Virus record (IMG/VR): IMGVR_UViG_3300017992_000022
Direction: 5' to 3' (one strand)
Source: an uncultured virus (IMG/VR IMGVR_UViG_3300017992_000022)
Lineage: Duplodnaviria; Heunggongvirae; Uroviricota; Caudoviricetes
DNA length: 64,000 nt
Below, in pieces: positions 28,510 through 38,223 of the stretch (position 1 is its first letter; every line of letters starts with the position of its first letter). A program made the position numbers and the translations under genes. Under the pieces are notes generated by a model. That model made no database searches and had not been told where the DNA came from. It saw only the letters and a list, made by a program, of their open reading frames with translations.

Positions 28510-29033
28510 CCCAAAATCTGTACCTCTCCCACGGCGTAAAGCGTGTAGTACGAAGCTCCGTAGTTGGTGAACGACATGCGAAGCACGCGACTAGAAGGAC
28601 CAGTTTGAGCTAAATAAGCGTCGGTTAGCGAAATGTAGGCCCCCGAACTGGTAAAGATCCTAGCCGATAGTTCGAGCGATGTACCTGGTTTGGTGTTGAA
28701 CCCGAAGTACCCTCCACTCTGCCAAAACGTCGGCCCTCCATGGCTGAAACCAGACGCGTCCAGATACGCTGTACGGGTTGCGATCCAATGGCCCCCGCCT
28801 TTCCCACCAAAGTCATTCGTCTGCCAGTTAGATCTCAAGATCAACATTGCCACTTTGGCGTCGAATGGCACAGACACGTCCCACTCACCAGGACCTCCTG
28901 GAAGAGGGGGGATAGACTGCGACGTGTTAGAAATCGAAATTGAGGAAGGACGAATGTGGTGTTGGTCTATCGATACACCTGTTGCAGATGCATGCTTCAG
29001 CACATGAACCAATGGATCTATAGTCTTAGTCAT
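28506..29033 (-). CDS. Small beta-rich virion protein, paralogue 3
   Basis: Start reassigned to ATG 29033 (ATGA overlap); QHH motif; LTDAY...FTNYG. Confidence 0.55.
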   Translation of the reverse strand: MTKTIDPLVHVLKHASATGVSIDQHHIRPSSISISNTSQSIPPLPGGPGEWDVSVPFDAKVAMLILRSNWQTNDFGGKGGGHWIATRTAYLDASGFSHGGPTFWQSGGYFGFNTKPGTSLELSARIFTSSGAYISLTDAYLAQTGPSSRVLRMSFTNYGASYYTLYAVGEVQILG

Positions 29034-29506
29034 TTCGCTGTCACGAGGCCCCACGCCCTAAGCGTCCTACTAGAAGGGTACGTATTGCGAAACACCAAAA
29101 CTGTCTCATCGCCGTCAAGGTAGATATCCTTGAGGAGACAACCAGTACCGAAGATCGAATCGGATAAGTAAGAGTCCCCGTGCAAGCGCGAGAATGAAGC
29201 GACGTAGGTGTAAACCCCGCTACCAGAAGAAGATCTCGACGTACTCTCACCAGAAGTTTGATGCCCGCAAGCCCAAACACCTTGACTTCCTGCTCCGATG
29301 ATCGACGACGGTCCCTTTAGCACCACCTCAGTCACTAAATGGTCGTCACGAGTCCAAGTAATCCGGTGCTCGTGATCTCCGGGGGCGATGGACATGCCAT
29401 TGATCTGCACGCGATCGTGCTCCACCTCTGGGTGGTGATCGTGGGGTTGAATCCCTACAAAGAGATCGTGCTCGGTTATCCCGTCTGGTTGCTTACCTAC
29501 CGTCAT
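29030..29506 (-). CDS. Small beta-rich virion protein, paralogue 2
   Basis: Start reassigned to ATG 29506 (ATGA overlap); HDHH motif; LKDIY...FRNTY. Confidence 0.55.
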   Translation of the reverse strand: MTVGKQPDGITEHDLFVGIQPHDHHPEVEHDRVQINGMSIAPGDHEHRITWTRDDHLVTEVVLKGPSSIIGAGSQGVWACGHQTSGESTSRSSSGSGVYTYVASFSRLHGDSYLSDSIFGTGCLLKDIYLDGDETVLVFRNTYPSSRTLRAWGLVTAK

Positions 29507-30000
29507 TCCAGAATCGCCGCTCCCTTCATCCACACAGTGGCACTCCCTCCGTACCGATTCTTCATCACGAAGCGGAGGGTGCTCCCTGTGATATAGCAGT
29601 CCTGTACTGCGATCCATCTATTCGACGAAGAAGTGTTGTTGTCAAACACGTAATCCGTCAAGATCGAATCGCCCGCACCTTTCGCCCAAGTTCCACCGTA
29701 CTGCCTCCCTCCAGCATCACGAGCGCAGTTTCCGGCACCGTCACTAGATGATGTGGTGGCCTGGACGTAGCCACCTTCTTTGGCTGGGCCCGAAAAAATA
29801 GCTACTTTAGGACCGTGAATCAGAATACGAGCTATTTGGTAATCAGAACGGGGAAGGGTTACGTCAACGTTGGCTGTCGACCCTGGAGGGATGGATGTGG
29901 AAGTATCGTTGATCTCTACGTACGTTGGCGCCGCATGATGATCGTGCAGACCAGCATCAGGGGGATGGATCAACCCATCGGTGCCACGTGTGATGGTCAC
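29503..30000 (-). CDS. Small beta-rich virion protein, paralogue 1
   Basis: GTG start; HDHH motif; VQDCY...MKNRY. Confidence 0.55.
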   Translation of the reverse strand: MTITRGTDGLIHPPDAGLHDHHAAPTYVEINDTSTSIPPGSTANVDVTLPRSDYQIARILIHGPKVAIFSGPAKEGGYVQATTSSSDGAGNCARDAGGRQYGGTWAKGAGDSILTDYVFDNNTSSSNRWIAVQDCYITGSTLRFVMKNRYGGSATVWMKGAAILE

Positions 30001-30239
30001 TATCCGACCTCACCGCAGACCTTCTCGAATTCGGCAGTATCCAAGCGGAGAAGAGGGCACTTCACACGCAGGCGCTCGATGAGCCGTTGCAGCTCCTCGA
30101 TGCGGGTACCGTGTTGATGATACCCTTCTACTACGAGAGCTGCGTTGGCGGCAGCTTGCCGCAACACAGGCTCCATAGCAGCCACGTCCTTTTTGACTGT
30201 CCTGATCTCCTTCAAGAGGAGGTCTAACTTCTTCTCCAC
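30000..30239 (-). CDS. Small coiled-coil protein
   Basis: 79 aa with heptad pattern and GGAGG RBS. Confidence 0.6.
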   Translation of the reverse strand: MEKKLDLLLKEIRTVKKDVAAMEPVLRQAAANAALVVEGYHQHGTRIEELQRLIERLRVKCPLLRLDTAEFEKVCGEVG

Positions 30240-30240
30240 G

Positions 30241-30630
30241 TCACCCCTCCTCCGAACCCAACATGGAAGGAGTGATCGCGGGGAATCTATCCCCCGTCTC
30301 CCGTCTGTTCTCTTGGGCTCTGATACTAGCTGCCGCAGCCTTCTTGCGCACGCGGGTTGCGAAGTTGATGACGTGCGTCGTGTTGCTGTCAGCCAACCTC
30401 TGGACCGCAGAAGCCCGCTTACCCTTATCTTCTGCGTCCAACTCCCGCATCAGAGACAGCACTTCACGAAGCTGCGGTTCTGTGATGAGGTTTAGTCCCA
30501 CAAGAAGACGACCGTACCTCTCCTCCTCAGTGGACTGTGTGAGATCTTCCGTGGCCTCTTCCAGTTGCCTGCGGGAGATGAAGCCCATCTGAACAATGAG
30601 ATCTCCAAGCGTCAGACCAGACTTGGTCAT
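30241..30630 (-). CDS. Stand-alone MshEN-like (T2SSE_N) domain protein
   Basis: TLGDLIVQMGFISRRQLEEAT and RYGRLLVGLNLITEPQLREVL are degenerate matches to the tandem RLGxxLLxxGLIxxxxLxxxLxxQ motif. Confidence 0.65.
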   Translation of the reverse strand: MTKSGLTLGDLIVQMGFISRRQLEEATEDLTQSTEEERYGRLLVGLNLITEPQLREVLSLMRELDAEDKGKRASAVQRLADSNTTHVINFATRVRKKAAAASIRAQENRRETGDRFPAITPSMLGSEEG

Positions 30631-30923
30631 CGGTTTCTCCTGTCCGTCAAGATGTTGAGAGTTGCCACTACGTGGTCCAACGTTTTGTCGTTCTCCCGCA
30701 GCACACCCGCCACTTCCGTAGAAGCTCTTGTCTGCTTCTCCGACATCTCGATGACTTTATCGTAGAGCTCGTCCTTGCTCTCTCTGTCCTTGTCACGCAG
30801 AGATCTCTCACTTTGAAGAGCTCTCAAAGACCAGATGTATAGCGCAATGAAGATTACCGCCAAGACATACCCACCACCTAGCGTGAGATACGATTTCAAG
30901 ACTGGGCTGATCAAAGCATCCAT
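30627..30923 (-). CDS. Holin-like single-pass membrane protein
   Basis: TM segment GGGYVLAVIFIALYIW followed by a charged coiled coil (BhlA/UviB-like architecture). Confidence 0.45.
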   Translation of the reverse strand: MDALISPVLKSYLTLGGGYVLAVIFIALYIWSLRALQSERSLRDKDRESKDELYDKVIEMSEKQTRASTEVAGVLRENDKTLDHVVATLNILTDRRNR

Positions 30924-30940
30924 AGAAGACCCCTCGTGGC

Positions 30941-31228
30941 TTACTCCAATTCGTAAGCCAACCGATGCTTGCCAACGATCTTTGCGCTATTCAGTCGCCC
31001 GCCCAGCCTGTCCCCCAACTTGGACATCAACACCGCCTTGGCTCTCGCCACCTCCATAAGCCTCTTCTGCGCCTCCCTCAACTGGATTGCTGCTAGCTTC
31101 TCTTCTGCGGCAGCTAGACGTTCTTTTGTGAGAACGATCTCTATCGAAGTTGCCTCTTCATGAGTTAGCTCTACGATCCCTGACTTGTTAGATCCCCCGG
31201 CCGGGACCTTCTCTGCCTCCGCTTGCAT
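30941..31228 (-). CDS. Small coiled-coil protein
   Basis: 95 aa; TAATG coupling. Confidence 0.6.
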   Translation of the reverse strand: MQAEAEKVPAGGSNKSGIVELTHEEATSIEIVLTKERLAAAEEKLAAIQLREAQKRLMEVARAKAVLMSKLGDRLGGRLNSAKIVGKHRLAYELE

Positions 31229-31458
31229 TACCCCTCCAGAAACTGGCTGATACTGTCAGCCAACAGCTTCTTCGAGTCAGTGACGCCTTGGTTGGCCACT
31301 TTGCCGGCGCCTGTTCTGTTCTTGATCACAGACTTCATGAACTTCACATCTGCGTCCAATTGCTCTTTCTTCTTGTTGCCGTACTTCTTCACGGCGTCCT
31401 CGAGAGCGTCGAGACGCTTGTCCCGCTCTGTCTTTCTCAGTTCTTCGGTAGCCATCAC
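31228..31458 (-). CDS. Small hypothetical protein
   Basis: 76 aa; coupled to the sigma factor gene. Confidence 0.6.
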   Translation of the reverse strand: MMATEELRKTERDKRLDALEDAVKKYGNKKKEQLDADVKFMKSVIKNRTGAGKVANQGVTDSKKLLADSISQFLEG

Positions 31459-32258
31459 GACCCCTCATAAGATTTCCACTTGGCCGCAATGGAACCTTTC
31501 AAACGCGATATCTTTGGCGCACTCATTTTGAGCCTTTTCGCTATGTCTCCTGTACCAAGACGAGGCTTGCCGGCTACACCATGAACGTACTCAAACACCG
31601 CTCGTTCGTCATTAGAGAGATCGTACGGCAGCAAATTCATGATCTCTTTCGTGCGCGACATCTGAAAAGACGTGGGGTCTTTGTCTCCGAACTGCCCCAC
31701 CGGATGGGACCTACGCAGTTCAGTACGTAACATCTCTACCTGGTTTTTGGGTATTTTCGCGTAGTCCGAGATCTCCAACACAGTCGGAGACCGCCCAAGA
31801 CGTTGACGAAGAGTATCTTCCGCCGTTTGGAACTGAGTGATGTGCTTCAGTCGCTTCTCCCCAATCCTGGCAGGGTTCTGGTAGGTGTTGATGAACCTGT
31901 TGGCCTTCATCAACCTGTAGTTGATCCAGGTCGACATCTTACCCTTGTTCGGATCGAACGTGTCCAGAGCGCCAAGCAGCTGATTACGGAACTCGGACTG
32001 GATAGCACTTGGAGGAATGTCCCGTACCCGATGCTGAAAGATCTTCATTCGGTTGTTGACCAATGGCTGCAGAGACTGAACTAACGGTCTGAGATGCTCT
32101 GGCCTCTTACCGCTCGTCTGCCACTGCTGCCACATCTGGAGCTCTTTTCGCGCACGATCGGTGAGGGGTTTGCGCTTTCCCTGCGCAAACCCGTCCTTTT
32201 CAAGGTCTTGCTCCCCATAGCCGAGGGACTCGAGCGCGTCATCGAGCGGGTTCGACAT
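31455..32258 (-). CDS. Phage sigma70-family RNA polymerase sigma factor (group 3-like)
   Basis: Region 2 ALDTFDPNKGKMSTW; region 3 LRQRLGRSPTVLEIS; region 4 LSNDERAVF...DIAKRLKMSAPKISRLK. Confidence 0.85.
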   Translation of the reverse strand: MSNPLDDALESLGYGEQDLEKDGFAQGKRKPLTDRARKELQMWQQWQTSGKRPEHLRPLVQSLQPLVNNRMKIFQHRVRDIPPSAIQSEFRNQLLGALDTFDPNKGKMSTWINYRLMKANRFINTYQNPARIGEKRLKHITQFQTAEDTLRQRLGRSPTVLEISDYAKIPKNQVEMLRTELRRSHPVGQFGDKDPTSFQMSRTKEIMNLLPYDLSNDERAVFEYVHGVAGKPRLGTGDIAKRLKMSAPKISRLKGSIAAKWKSYEGS

Positions 32259-32651
32259 CTACTGCTCCAAGATCTGCCGCATCTCGTCAGCAAACGCACT
32301 CAGCTTCACTTCACTGGTTTTCTCTGCTACCGCCTTAGATCCATCAGCGCTCGGCTTCGAGTAAGAGCTCAACAAGGCACGCAGATCTGACTGAGTCTGC
32401 TTTTTTGCGGTGCCGAACTCAGAAAACGCATCAGAGAGATAGTCCTGCTTCCCCTCTTTACTCGCCTTCTCCACGCCCTTGCTGGACGAAGCCTCCTCGC
32501 CACGCGTTCCCTGCCCAGGGCCCTTGTCGGGCTGAAGAAGCTCTGGGACATCGTCGGACTGCTTTCCCTTGACAACCTTGCCGTCATCATCTCCGGTCTG
32601 GTACGCAATCTTCGCCATAGCGCGAATGAAGTCTTCCCTACTGTGAAACAT
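32259..32651 (-). CDS. Putative virion/internal protein
   Basis: 130 aa, low complexity, SAFADEMRQI motif. Confidence 0.5.
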   Translation of the reverse strand: MFHSREDFIRAMAKIAYQTGDDDGKVVKGKQSDDVPELLQPDKGPGQGTRGEEASSSKGVEKASKEGKQDYLSDAFSEFGTAKKQTQSDLRALLSSYSKPSADGSKAVAEKTSEVKLSAFADEMRQILEQ

Positions 32652-32955
32652 GACCTTCTCCTGTGCGGGAATGAGCAGCTCCTCTACTCATTTTAACCCG
32701 TTCTAGCTCGTCGAAGAAGCCTGACAGCATAGCCGTTTTACGATACTCTTTGGTGGGCTTATACATCTTTGCCTTGGCCGTTGCTACGCCTTCGCGCGTG
32801 CGGAAACCCTTTGGACTTTTGCCCACTTTGTGCGCTTGCTGCGTAGCGATGGCGAACGATGTGCCCTCTTCCATGTCAGGATTCTTCTTGCGAAGCTTCT
32901 TCGCCCGCATGTAGATCCATTTGCCCCCAGGTCCATAACTTCCTCGTCCAGGCAT
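32638..32955 (-). CDS. Basic putative virion/internal protein
   Basis: 105 aa, K/R-rich; SFAIATQQ and SGFFDELERV. Confidence 0.55.
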   Translation of the reverse strand: MPGRGSYGPGGKWIYMRAKKLRKKNPDMEEGTSFAIATQQAHKVGKSPKGFRTREGVATAKAKMYKPTKEYRKTAMLSGFFDELERVKMSRGAAHSRTGEGHVSQ

Positions 32956-33449
32956 TAGCGCTCTCCCTGCCGTAAGATCTCTTTGGCCACAGACTTACGC
33001 TTGTTCTTCTCTGCCCAATCTCGTAATCCCTGACTGGCCAAACCTGCTAGAGCTCCTACAGTACCAAAAGCCTTCGCCGTTCGTTTTCCTCCGTACACAC
33101 CGCCCAAAAGAGCTGCAGGGACAGCAGCTTTAGCAGCCGAAGATGCGTAAGGCTGCGCCTTGACGAATCCCCGCATTACTCTCTCCTTGGTATCCTCACT
33201 GGATGCAGTCTTGCCTACGGAGGCACCCTCATCTTCCTCTCCTACTAACTGGGCAGACTCAGGTTGCTCTAGATCTGGGTCTTGAGCTGTCTGTTCCGGT
33301 TCGGTGATGTCCGGGGAGCTCTTGCTCAAAAGGTTGTGCGCTCTGATGGGGCGCGTTCCTCGACGAGCCTGAAGATGATTCGCCATCCTGTAAGAGGTGC
33401 CGATCTTTTCCAACTCGTCGTAAAAACCTTCTAGAATAGAGAGTTGCAT
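32955..33449 (-). CDS. Putative virion/internal protein with glycine-zipper-like helices
   Basis: EGFYDELEKIG at the N-terminus; AALLGGVYGG..GTVGALAGL. Confidence 0.55.
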   Translation of the reverse strand: MQLSILEGFYDELEKIGTSYRMANHLQARRGTRPIRAHNLLSKSSPDITEPEQTAQDPDLEQPESAQLVGEEDEGASVGKTASSEDTKERVMRGFVKAQPYASSAAKAAVPAALLGGVYGGKRTAKAFGTVGALAGLASQGLRDWAEKNKRKSVAKEILRQGER

Positions 33450-33489
33450 GACCTAGTTATACCCTTTCCAAGCGTCCTCTGACAAGAGA

Positions 33490-36400
33490 TCAACCGATCA
33501 GACCTCTAGATCCCGTCAACTCTCCGACATAGTCGCGAACTGCAGCGCGTCTACGCTTTCTGACATCGAGTTTAGCCGCCACCTTGCGCTTACTTTTGCT
33601 TAACCCCAAGACACGCTTCACCGTAGGGCTGACCAACCCAAAGAGATCTTCTACGTCCCCGAAAGCGCGGCTATGGAACCCCTCCTTACCTGACACCTCG
33701 TAACCCACTTTCGTGACGTAACGGGACACATACCGATACCCATAAACAGCAGGACGTGGGGTGACGGGCGCTACACTGACTTGGGGTTCCCCTGGGATGC
33801 TTTGATCACGGAATTTGTTCAGGTCAAAGGTGTCCTCTATAGCCTTGCGCTTGAGGTACTTTTTCTTGACAACTTTCTTGACCTTCTTTTCCGTCCTCTT
33901 GATCTCTAGATCGCTCCCGCCAAGGATGTCCACCATGGTCGCCACAGGGCGCCAGGTGTAGGCGCGAAGAAAGTCTCCCACGTCAAGGTTGTTCACTTTC
34001 ACGAAACTGTACGAACGTATCAAGAAATCAACCGAGTTCTCGATCGTCCTCTCTTGCTCCTGAAGCAGAACGGCGTTCTGGTTCTTCGCCGTTTCCGCTT
34101 TAGCTGCCGCTCTAGCGTCGGTCCGTTTCGCTTGAGCTGACTTCCTTCCTCTGCTAGAAGCCTTACCCGTCTCTTCTGCTTGAAGACCAGACACATCATC
34201 CTGACCAACAAAGAAACGGTGCCCCTCGTTAAAATCTGACGTGGGGGCTATATTGAAACCTCCAATATCAGTCAGAGCGCCAATACCGAAAAGTTGATCG
34301 TAGGTCTCTGATACTTTCGGGGGAGCCCACCCGTCCCAAATCCAAGGAGGCCGAATAGCTTCCTCGATAGGTAGATCGATCTTGTCCCTCTTGTATCGAG
34401 TGTGGCTTTCTGTAACCTCATAGGCGCGAAAACGATACTTGTCCACATTCGTGGTCTGGGTGTTCTCTCCGATCACCGCAGCTGTGTTCTGGTACGCAGC
34501 ATTGATGTAGTCGAAGGAACCCACCCTTACTTTGTTCGCGTCCTTCTCACCCCATACCTTCAGGTAGCTGTTCCTGTTTCGATTGGTGACATCCTTGACC
34601 CGTGTGATCCTTCCACCGCGTATCCCCCTCTTACCTACCTTGGGTGGATTGGCTGGAGTCGCCGCAACGACACTCTTGCTAGATCCACTTCCAGTAGCTT
34701 TGGTCACAGTAGCTTTGTCTACACCGAGGAACTCAGTACTCTCCCTGTGGACACGTGAATGGGTGAAGTTGTAGGAAGACCTTCCTCCCTCTTGAGAGAT
34801 GGAGTGCATCAAAGTAGCGCACGTGCCTAGATACTGAGGGCCGACAAGTTCTTTGAGAATCTCACTCCGTGTGAGCGAGCCAGATAACCCGAGCTCTACT
34901 ACTTGGTCTTCTGGGTTCAGTGCAGAAATATCTAGGGCACTCTCGTCCATGTACTTGTCGATGATCAATGTCGGGAAGCCGGGGACAAACATAGGATTGA
35001 ACCTTCCAGTTACCTCCATCCCCCGAGACTCAAACCGGTACTTGAAATACTGGAAGTTCACCGCTCGTTGAGCGTACCCGACCTTGGCTCCTGCCTTGCG
35101 AACTTTTCCCGATCTCATTGCAAACAAGTTAGCTTCACTAAGGTTCTCAAACATCGGGATGATGCCTGTGTACAACTCGTGATCCATGATCAATCTTGCG
35201 AAGCGACGACTGGACAGCTTGACCCCTCTTCTCACGTCCTCTACGTTCGGGGCGTAGTAGCGTCCGTTGAATAGGGCGTCGTTACCCAGAATCTCGTTAT
35301 GCGTTTGGAGCTCGAGCCTGCTGACCTCCCGTAGATATTGCCGGGCGAAGCTGAACGTCTCGTAATGCTCTGGGAAGAGCACGTTGCATCTGGGAGGCGC
35401 GGTGTACCAAACATCTGGGCGGAAGATCTGGTTGTTCACCCGTGATACAAGAGATACTTCCACCGACCGATTCCGACCAAACTTCACCCCCAGTATCCGC
35501 GAAAGGACAGAGATCGCCTCAGAGTATCTGCTGTTGATCCCCTTGTAATTTCGATCCAGGGTCCCCATCCTTCTTTTGACGACGGGACTTTCCGGGTCTG
35601 CATTAAGAATTTCCCTTGTAAAGTAGGAAAGAGATCTAATCTCTACAGATAGCTGACGGAGCAAGGACAGGTTCTTCTGCGCCTTCTTCGGTCCCTGCGC
35701 CATACCCTGAGCCCAGAGCTGCTGGACCGAATTGTGGAAAGCGCTCCACGAATTGAGATACACGCGGGCAGCCTCCCGCACCAAAGAGAACGTGGCCCCG
35801 CTACCCCTAGAATTCTTCCAGGTGGTCAAGTTCTGCTGCGCCTCGCGTGCGAGATTTCGACAAAGTTCTGCCTTGGCGGCGAAACCGCGGTACTTGCTTG
35901 TCTTCTTGAGCCCCACAGAATATCGCCTGCGCTCCTTCCTCGTGCTCGAAGGGATGAACTTGGCCACCGGGCAGGGATAGACCTCGTGGAAGATGAACCC
36001 AAAACAGATCTTGACGAGCCCCCGAAAGGATACGAGTTTACCGAGACTCCCCGTAGATCGATTCATCCACATGTTGAACGCCTTGCGTGCGAACAAACGT
36101 GCCGTGCTTGTGTCAGCCTCTGCGGCCGTGATTTGTTGAAGGACCTTTACCCGAAGCTCGGCTATGGATGTGAAGTCGTTGGCTCCCCTAAATGAGTTAC
36201 GGCCATAGTAGCTACCACCTATGGCTTCTAGCATCCGTACTACACCGGCTAGCAGACCGCGCAACTTGGGGAAGTTCACAGATCTCCCGTTCAGGAGACG
36301 GCTGATAGTCCCCGTACCGTGACCGAGCGGGCTGGTGAAGAAGTTGGAGTTGGCGCCGATGAAAGCTGCTTTCCGACGACCGCCGAAAAGAGATCCACCG

Positions 36401-36783
36401 AAGTTGTACTGGAACGTGGTGTCCCAATAGTTGCTGAAATCGGCGCACTCCAAAACCACTGCGCGAGACCCGTACTGCTTCTGAAACTTGATTGTCACTA
36501 GCTCACCCATGAAGAGGAGCTTGTAACGAGAGTTCAAGAAGTCTACCGCCTCGTCACCACCCAGTACCTCATGATCTACTGCGGCGTTCCCTGCCTGGAC
36601 ATAGTCGTAGAAAAAAAGGTGGACCACTGTTCGGGGAAGAAGATCTAAGACTTTGTCTGTCGCAATGATCTGGATGCTGGCGCTAGCAGGAGTATTGGCA
36701 GTCATCTGAATAGACGCAGCCACCACGGGAACTTCTACTCCCTCGAGGAACAAACGTAGATGAAGATATTGCCCTTGAGCCAT
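33490..36783 (-). CDS. Probable baseplate hub/tail tip protein
   Basis: LRLFLEGVEVPV, APPRCNVLFP and GRFNPMFVPGFP; located just downstream of the tape-measure region. Confidence 0.5.
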   Translation of the reverse strand: MAQGQYLHLRLFLEGVEVPVVAASIQMTANTPASASIQIIATDKVLDLLPRTVVHLFFYDYVQAGNAAVDHEVLGGDEAVDFLNSRYKLLFMGELVTIKFQKQYGSRAVVLECADFSNYWDTTFQYNFGGSLFGGRRKAAFIGANSNFFTSPLGHGTGTISRLLNGRSVNFPKLRGLLAGVVRMLEAIGGSYYGRNSFRGANDFTSIAELRVKVLQQITAAEADTSTARLFARKAFNMWMNRSTGSLGKLVSFRGLVKICFGFIFHEVYPCPVAKFIPSSTRKERRRYSVGLKKTSKYRGFAAKAELCRNLAREAQQNLTTWKNSRGSGATFSLVREAARVYLNSWSAFHNSVQQLWAQGMAQGPKKAQKNLSLLRQLSVEIRSLSYFTREILNADPESPVVKRRMGTLDRNYKGINSRYSEAISVLSRILGVKFGRNRSVEVSLVSRVNNQIFRPDVWYTAPPRCNVLFPEHYETFSFARQYLREVSRLELQTHNEILGNDALFNGRYYAPNVEDVRRGVKLSSRRFARLIMDHELYTGIIPMFENLSEANLFAMRSGKVRKAGAKVGYAQRAVNFQYFKYRFESRGMEVTGRFNPMFVPGFPTLIIDKYMDESALDISALNPEDQVVELGLSGSLTRSEILKELVGPQYLGTCATLMHSISQEGGRSSYNFTHSRVHRESTEFLGVDKATVTKATGSGSSKSVVAATPANPPKVGKRGIRGGRITRVKDVTNRNRNSYLKVWGEKDANKVRVGSFDYINAAYQNTAAVIGENTQTTNVDKYRFRAYEVTESHTRYKRDKIDLPIEEAIRPPWIWDGWAPPKVSETYDQLFGIGALTDIGGFNIAPTSDFNEGHRFFVGQDDVSGLQAEETGKASSRGRKSAQAKRTDARAAAKAETAKNQNAVLLQEQERTIENSVDFLIRSYSFVKVNNLDVGDFLRAYTWRPVATMVDILGGSDLEIKRTEKKVKKVVKKKYLKRKAIEDTFDLNKFRDQSIPGEPQVSVAPVTPRPAVYGYRYVSRYVTKVGYEVSGKEGFHSRAFGDVEDLFGLVSPTVKRVLGLSKSKRKVAAKLDVRKRRRAAVRDYVGELTGSRGLIG

Positions 36784-36787
36784 GAGA

Positions 36788-38215
36788 TCACGGGATGAAA
36801 GGCGTTCTTACTACGCCCGCAGAACCCAAGATGGTAGATCCAGCTGCCCCGGGCAGCGATTTCAAGAGGTCGTACAGTTGTGCACTCTTGTTGACAATCG
36901 CTCCCGTCCCGTGAAGTGCGATCCCTGCTGCGAAGTCTACTTCGTCGGCAGTCTTAGTGATCGTATGCGTGAACTCTGCTCTCCAGTTCTGCATCTTACT
37001 GGGCTGGGAGACATCGACTCCCATCTTCGCAAGCTCCGCACGTAGCTTCTGCTCCATACTCGGCCCGTCAGGAACCTCGTTGTCTACAACTTGCCCTTCC
37101 ATCACACCGATAGGAGTCGTGGCTCCACCGCCACCAATGTACTCGTCTGTGTTGTCGGTGATCTTACTGCGGATGGGGTACTTGCGCTCTGGGTACGTAC
37201 CAGGAAAAGTGGCCTTGTTGGCGTATGTCGCGCTCCCACTGTACACCTCTGCCCCAGCGATGCCTTGCGGCACGACAGTCCTGCGGCCGTAGAAGTAGGT
37301 CTTGACGTTGTCCAGGAACCTGTTGACCTTCACGTCGAACTGACCGAGTCCGCGGAAGATGGCTCCTTGAATAGCAGCCTTGCTGTCTACATCAGTAACT
37401 TGAGCTCTCTCGATCGCTTGCCGGACTGCGAACGTGGTGCTTAAAGCCTCGCGTTTGGCCCGCTCCTTGTCCTGTGTGTCCCGTAGCTTCTTGACCGCTT
37501 GATCGAAGAACTCAGTCTGTCGCAGATCCTTCGCGGGTATGTTCACATTGGCCGATACCGGGTACTCACTCGAGCTCGAAAGCAACCCAATGTAAGTATG
37601 AGCCGTGACGAACACCGTGAACTGAAAAGGAACGTGATAAGGGAAATCTGCGCTGTGCGAAGCTTGCGCGTTTAGCACATATCCCTCTACGATCTGGTCG
37701 TCAAAGTAGAAGTAGATCCGAGCATCAAGCTCAACTAGTTTCGTGCCCCGCAAATACGTCTCGTAGTTCTTCCAGAACTCGTTCTTCCAGTTGAAGTCCA
37801 ACGTGTTCATCAAAAGACCCTGAACCTGCATCAACCGCGGCTTCTCGCCGTAGAAGAACACGTAGGGCTCGCCGAATGTCTCGACGATCTGTTGCTTCTC
37901 TTCTCGTGCGTCTACGATCTGCTGAGCGATGAAATTGGAGTAGTTGAATGTTCCGCCTTCTGGCGGGACTTCGCGAAGCTCCTCTGCCTTACCTCGAATG
38001 CCTTGGCTGCGCGACGTGACGATAGATCCAGAGTCCACGAGAGGGATCTCCCTACCGTCAGATCGAATCACCTTGATGACAGCGTAAGTGTCTTCTTTGA
38101 TCTCTATGCCGCGTAGAGGACGACGTACACCGAGGAAATCTAGCGCCTTTCTCTCAGCAATGAGATCTAGGTTGCGCTTGAAGCCGTCGGTTCGCATCTC
38201 GATGTAGGTAGCCAT
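36788..38215 (-). CDS. Probable tail-tube/baseplate junction protein
   Basis: EKQQIVETFGEPYVFFYGEKP...YETYLRGTKLV; position between tape measure and hub. Confidence 0.45.
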   Translation of the reverse strand: MATYIEMRTDGFKRNLDLIAERKALDFLGVRRPLRGIEIKEDTYAVIKVIRSDGREIPLVDSGSIVTSRSQGIRGKAEELREVPPEGGTFNYSNFIAQQIVDAREEKQQIVETFGEPYVFFYGEKPRLMQVQGLLMNTLDFNWKNEFWKNYETYLRGTKLVELDARIYFYFDDQIVEGYVLNAQASHSADFPYHVPFQFTVFVTAHTYIGLLSSSSEYPVSANVNIPAKDLRQTEFFDQAVKKLRDTQDKERAKREALSTTFAVRQAIERAQVTDVDSKAAIQGAIFRGLGQFDVKVNRFLDNVKTYFYGRRTVVPQGIAGAEVYSGSATYANKATFPGTYPERKYPIRSKITDNTDEYIGGGGATTPIGVMEGQVVDNEVPDGPSMEQKLRAELAKMGVDVSQPSKMQNWRAEFTHTITKTADEVDFAAGIALHGTGAIVNKSAQLYDLLKSLPGAAGSTILGSAGVVRTPFIP

Positions 38216-38223
38216 CGATTCTC

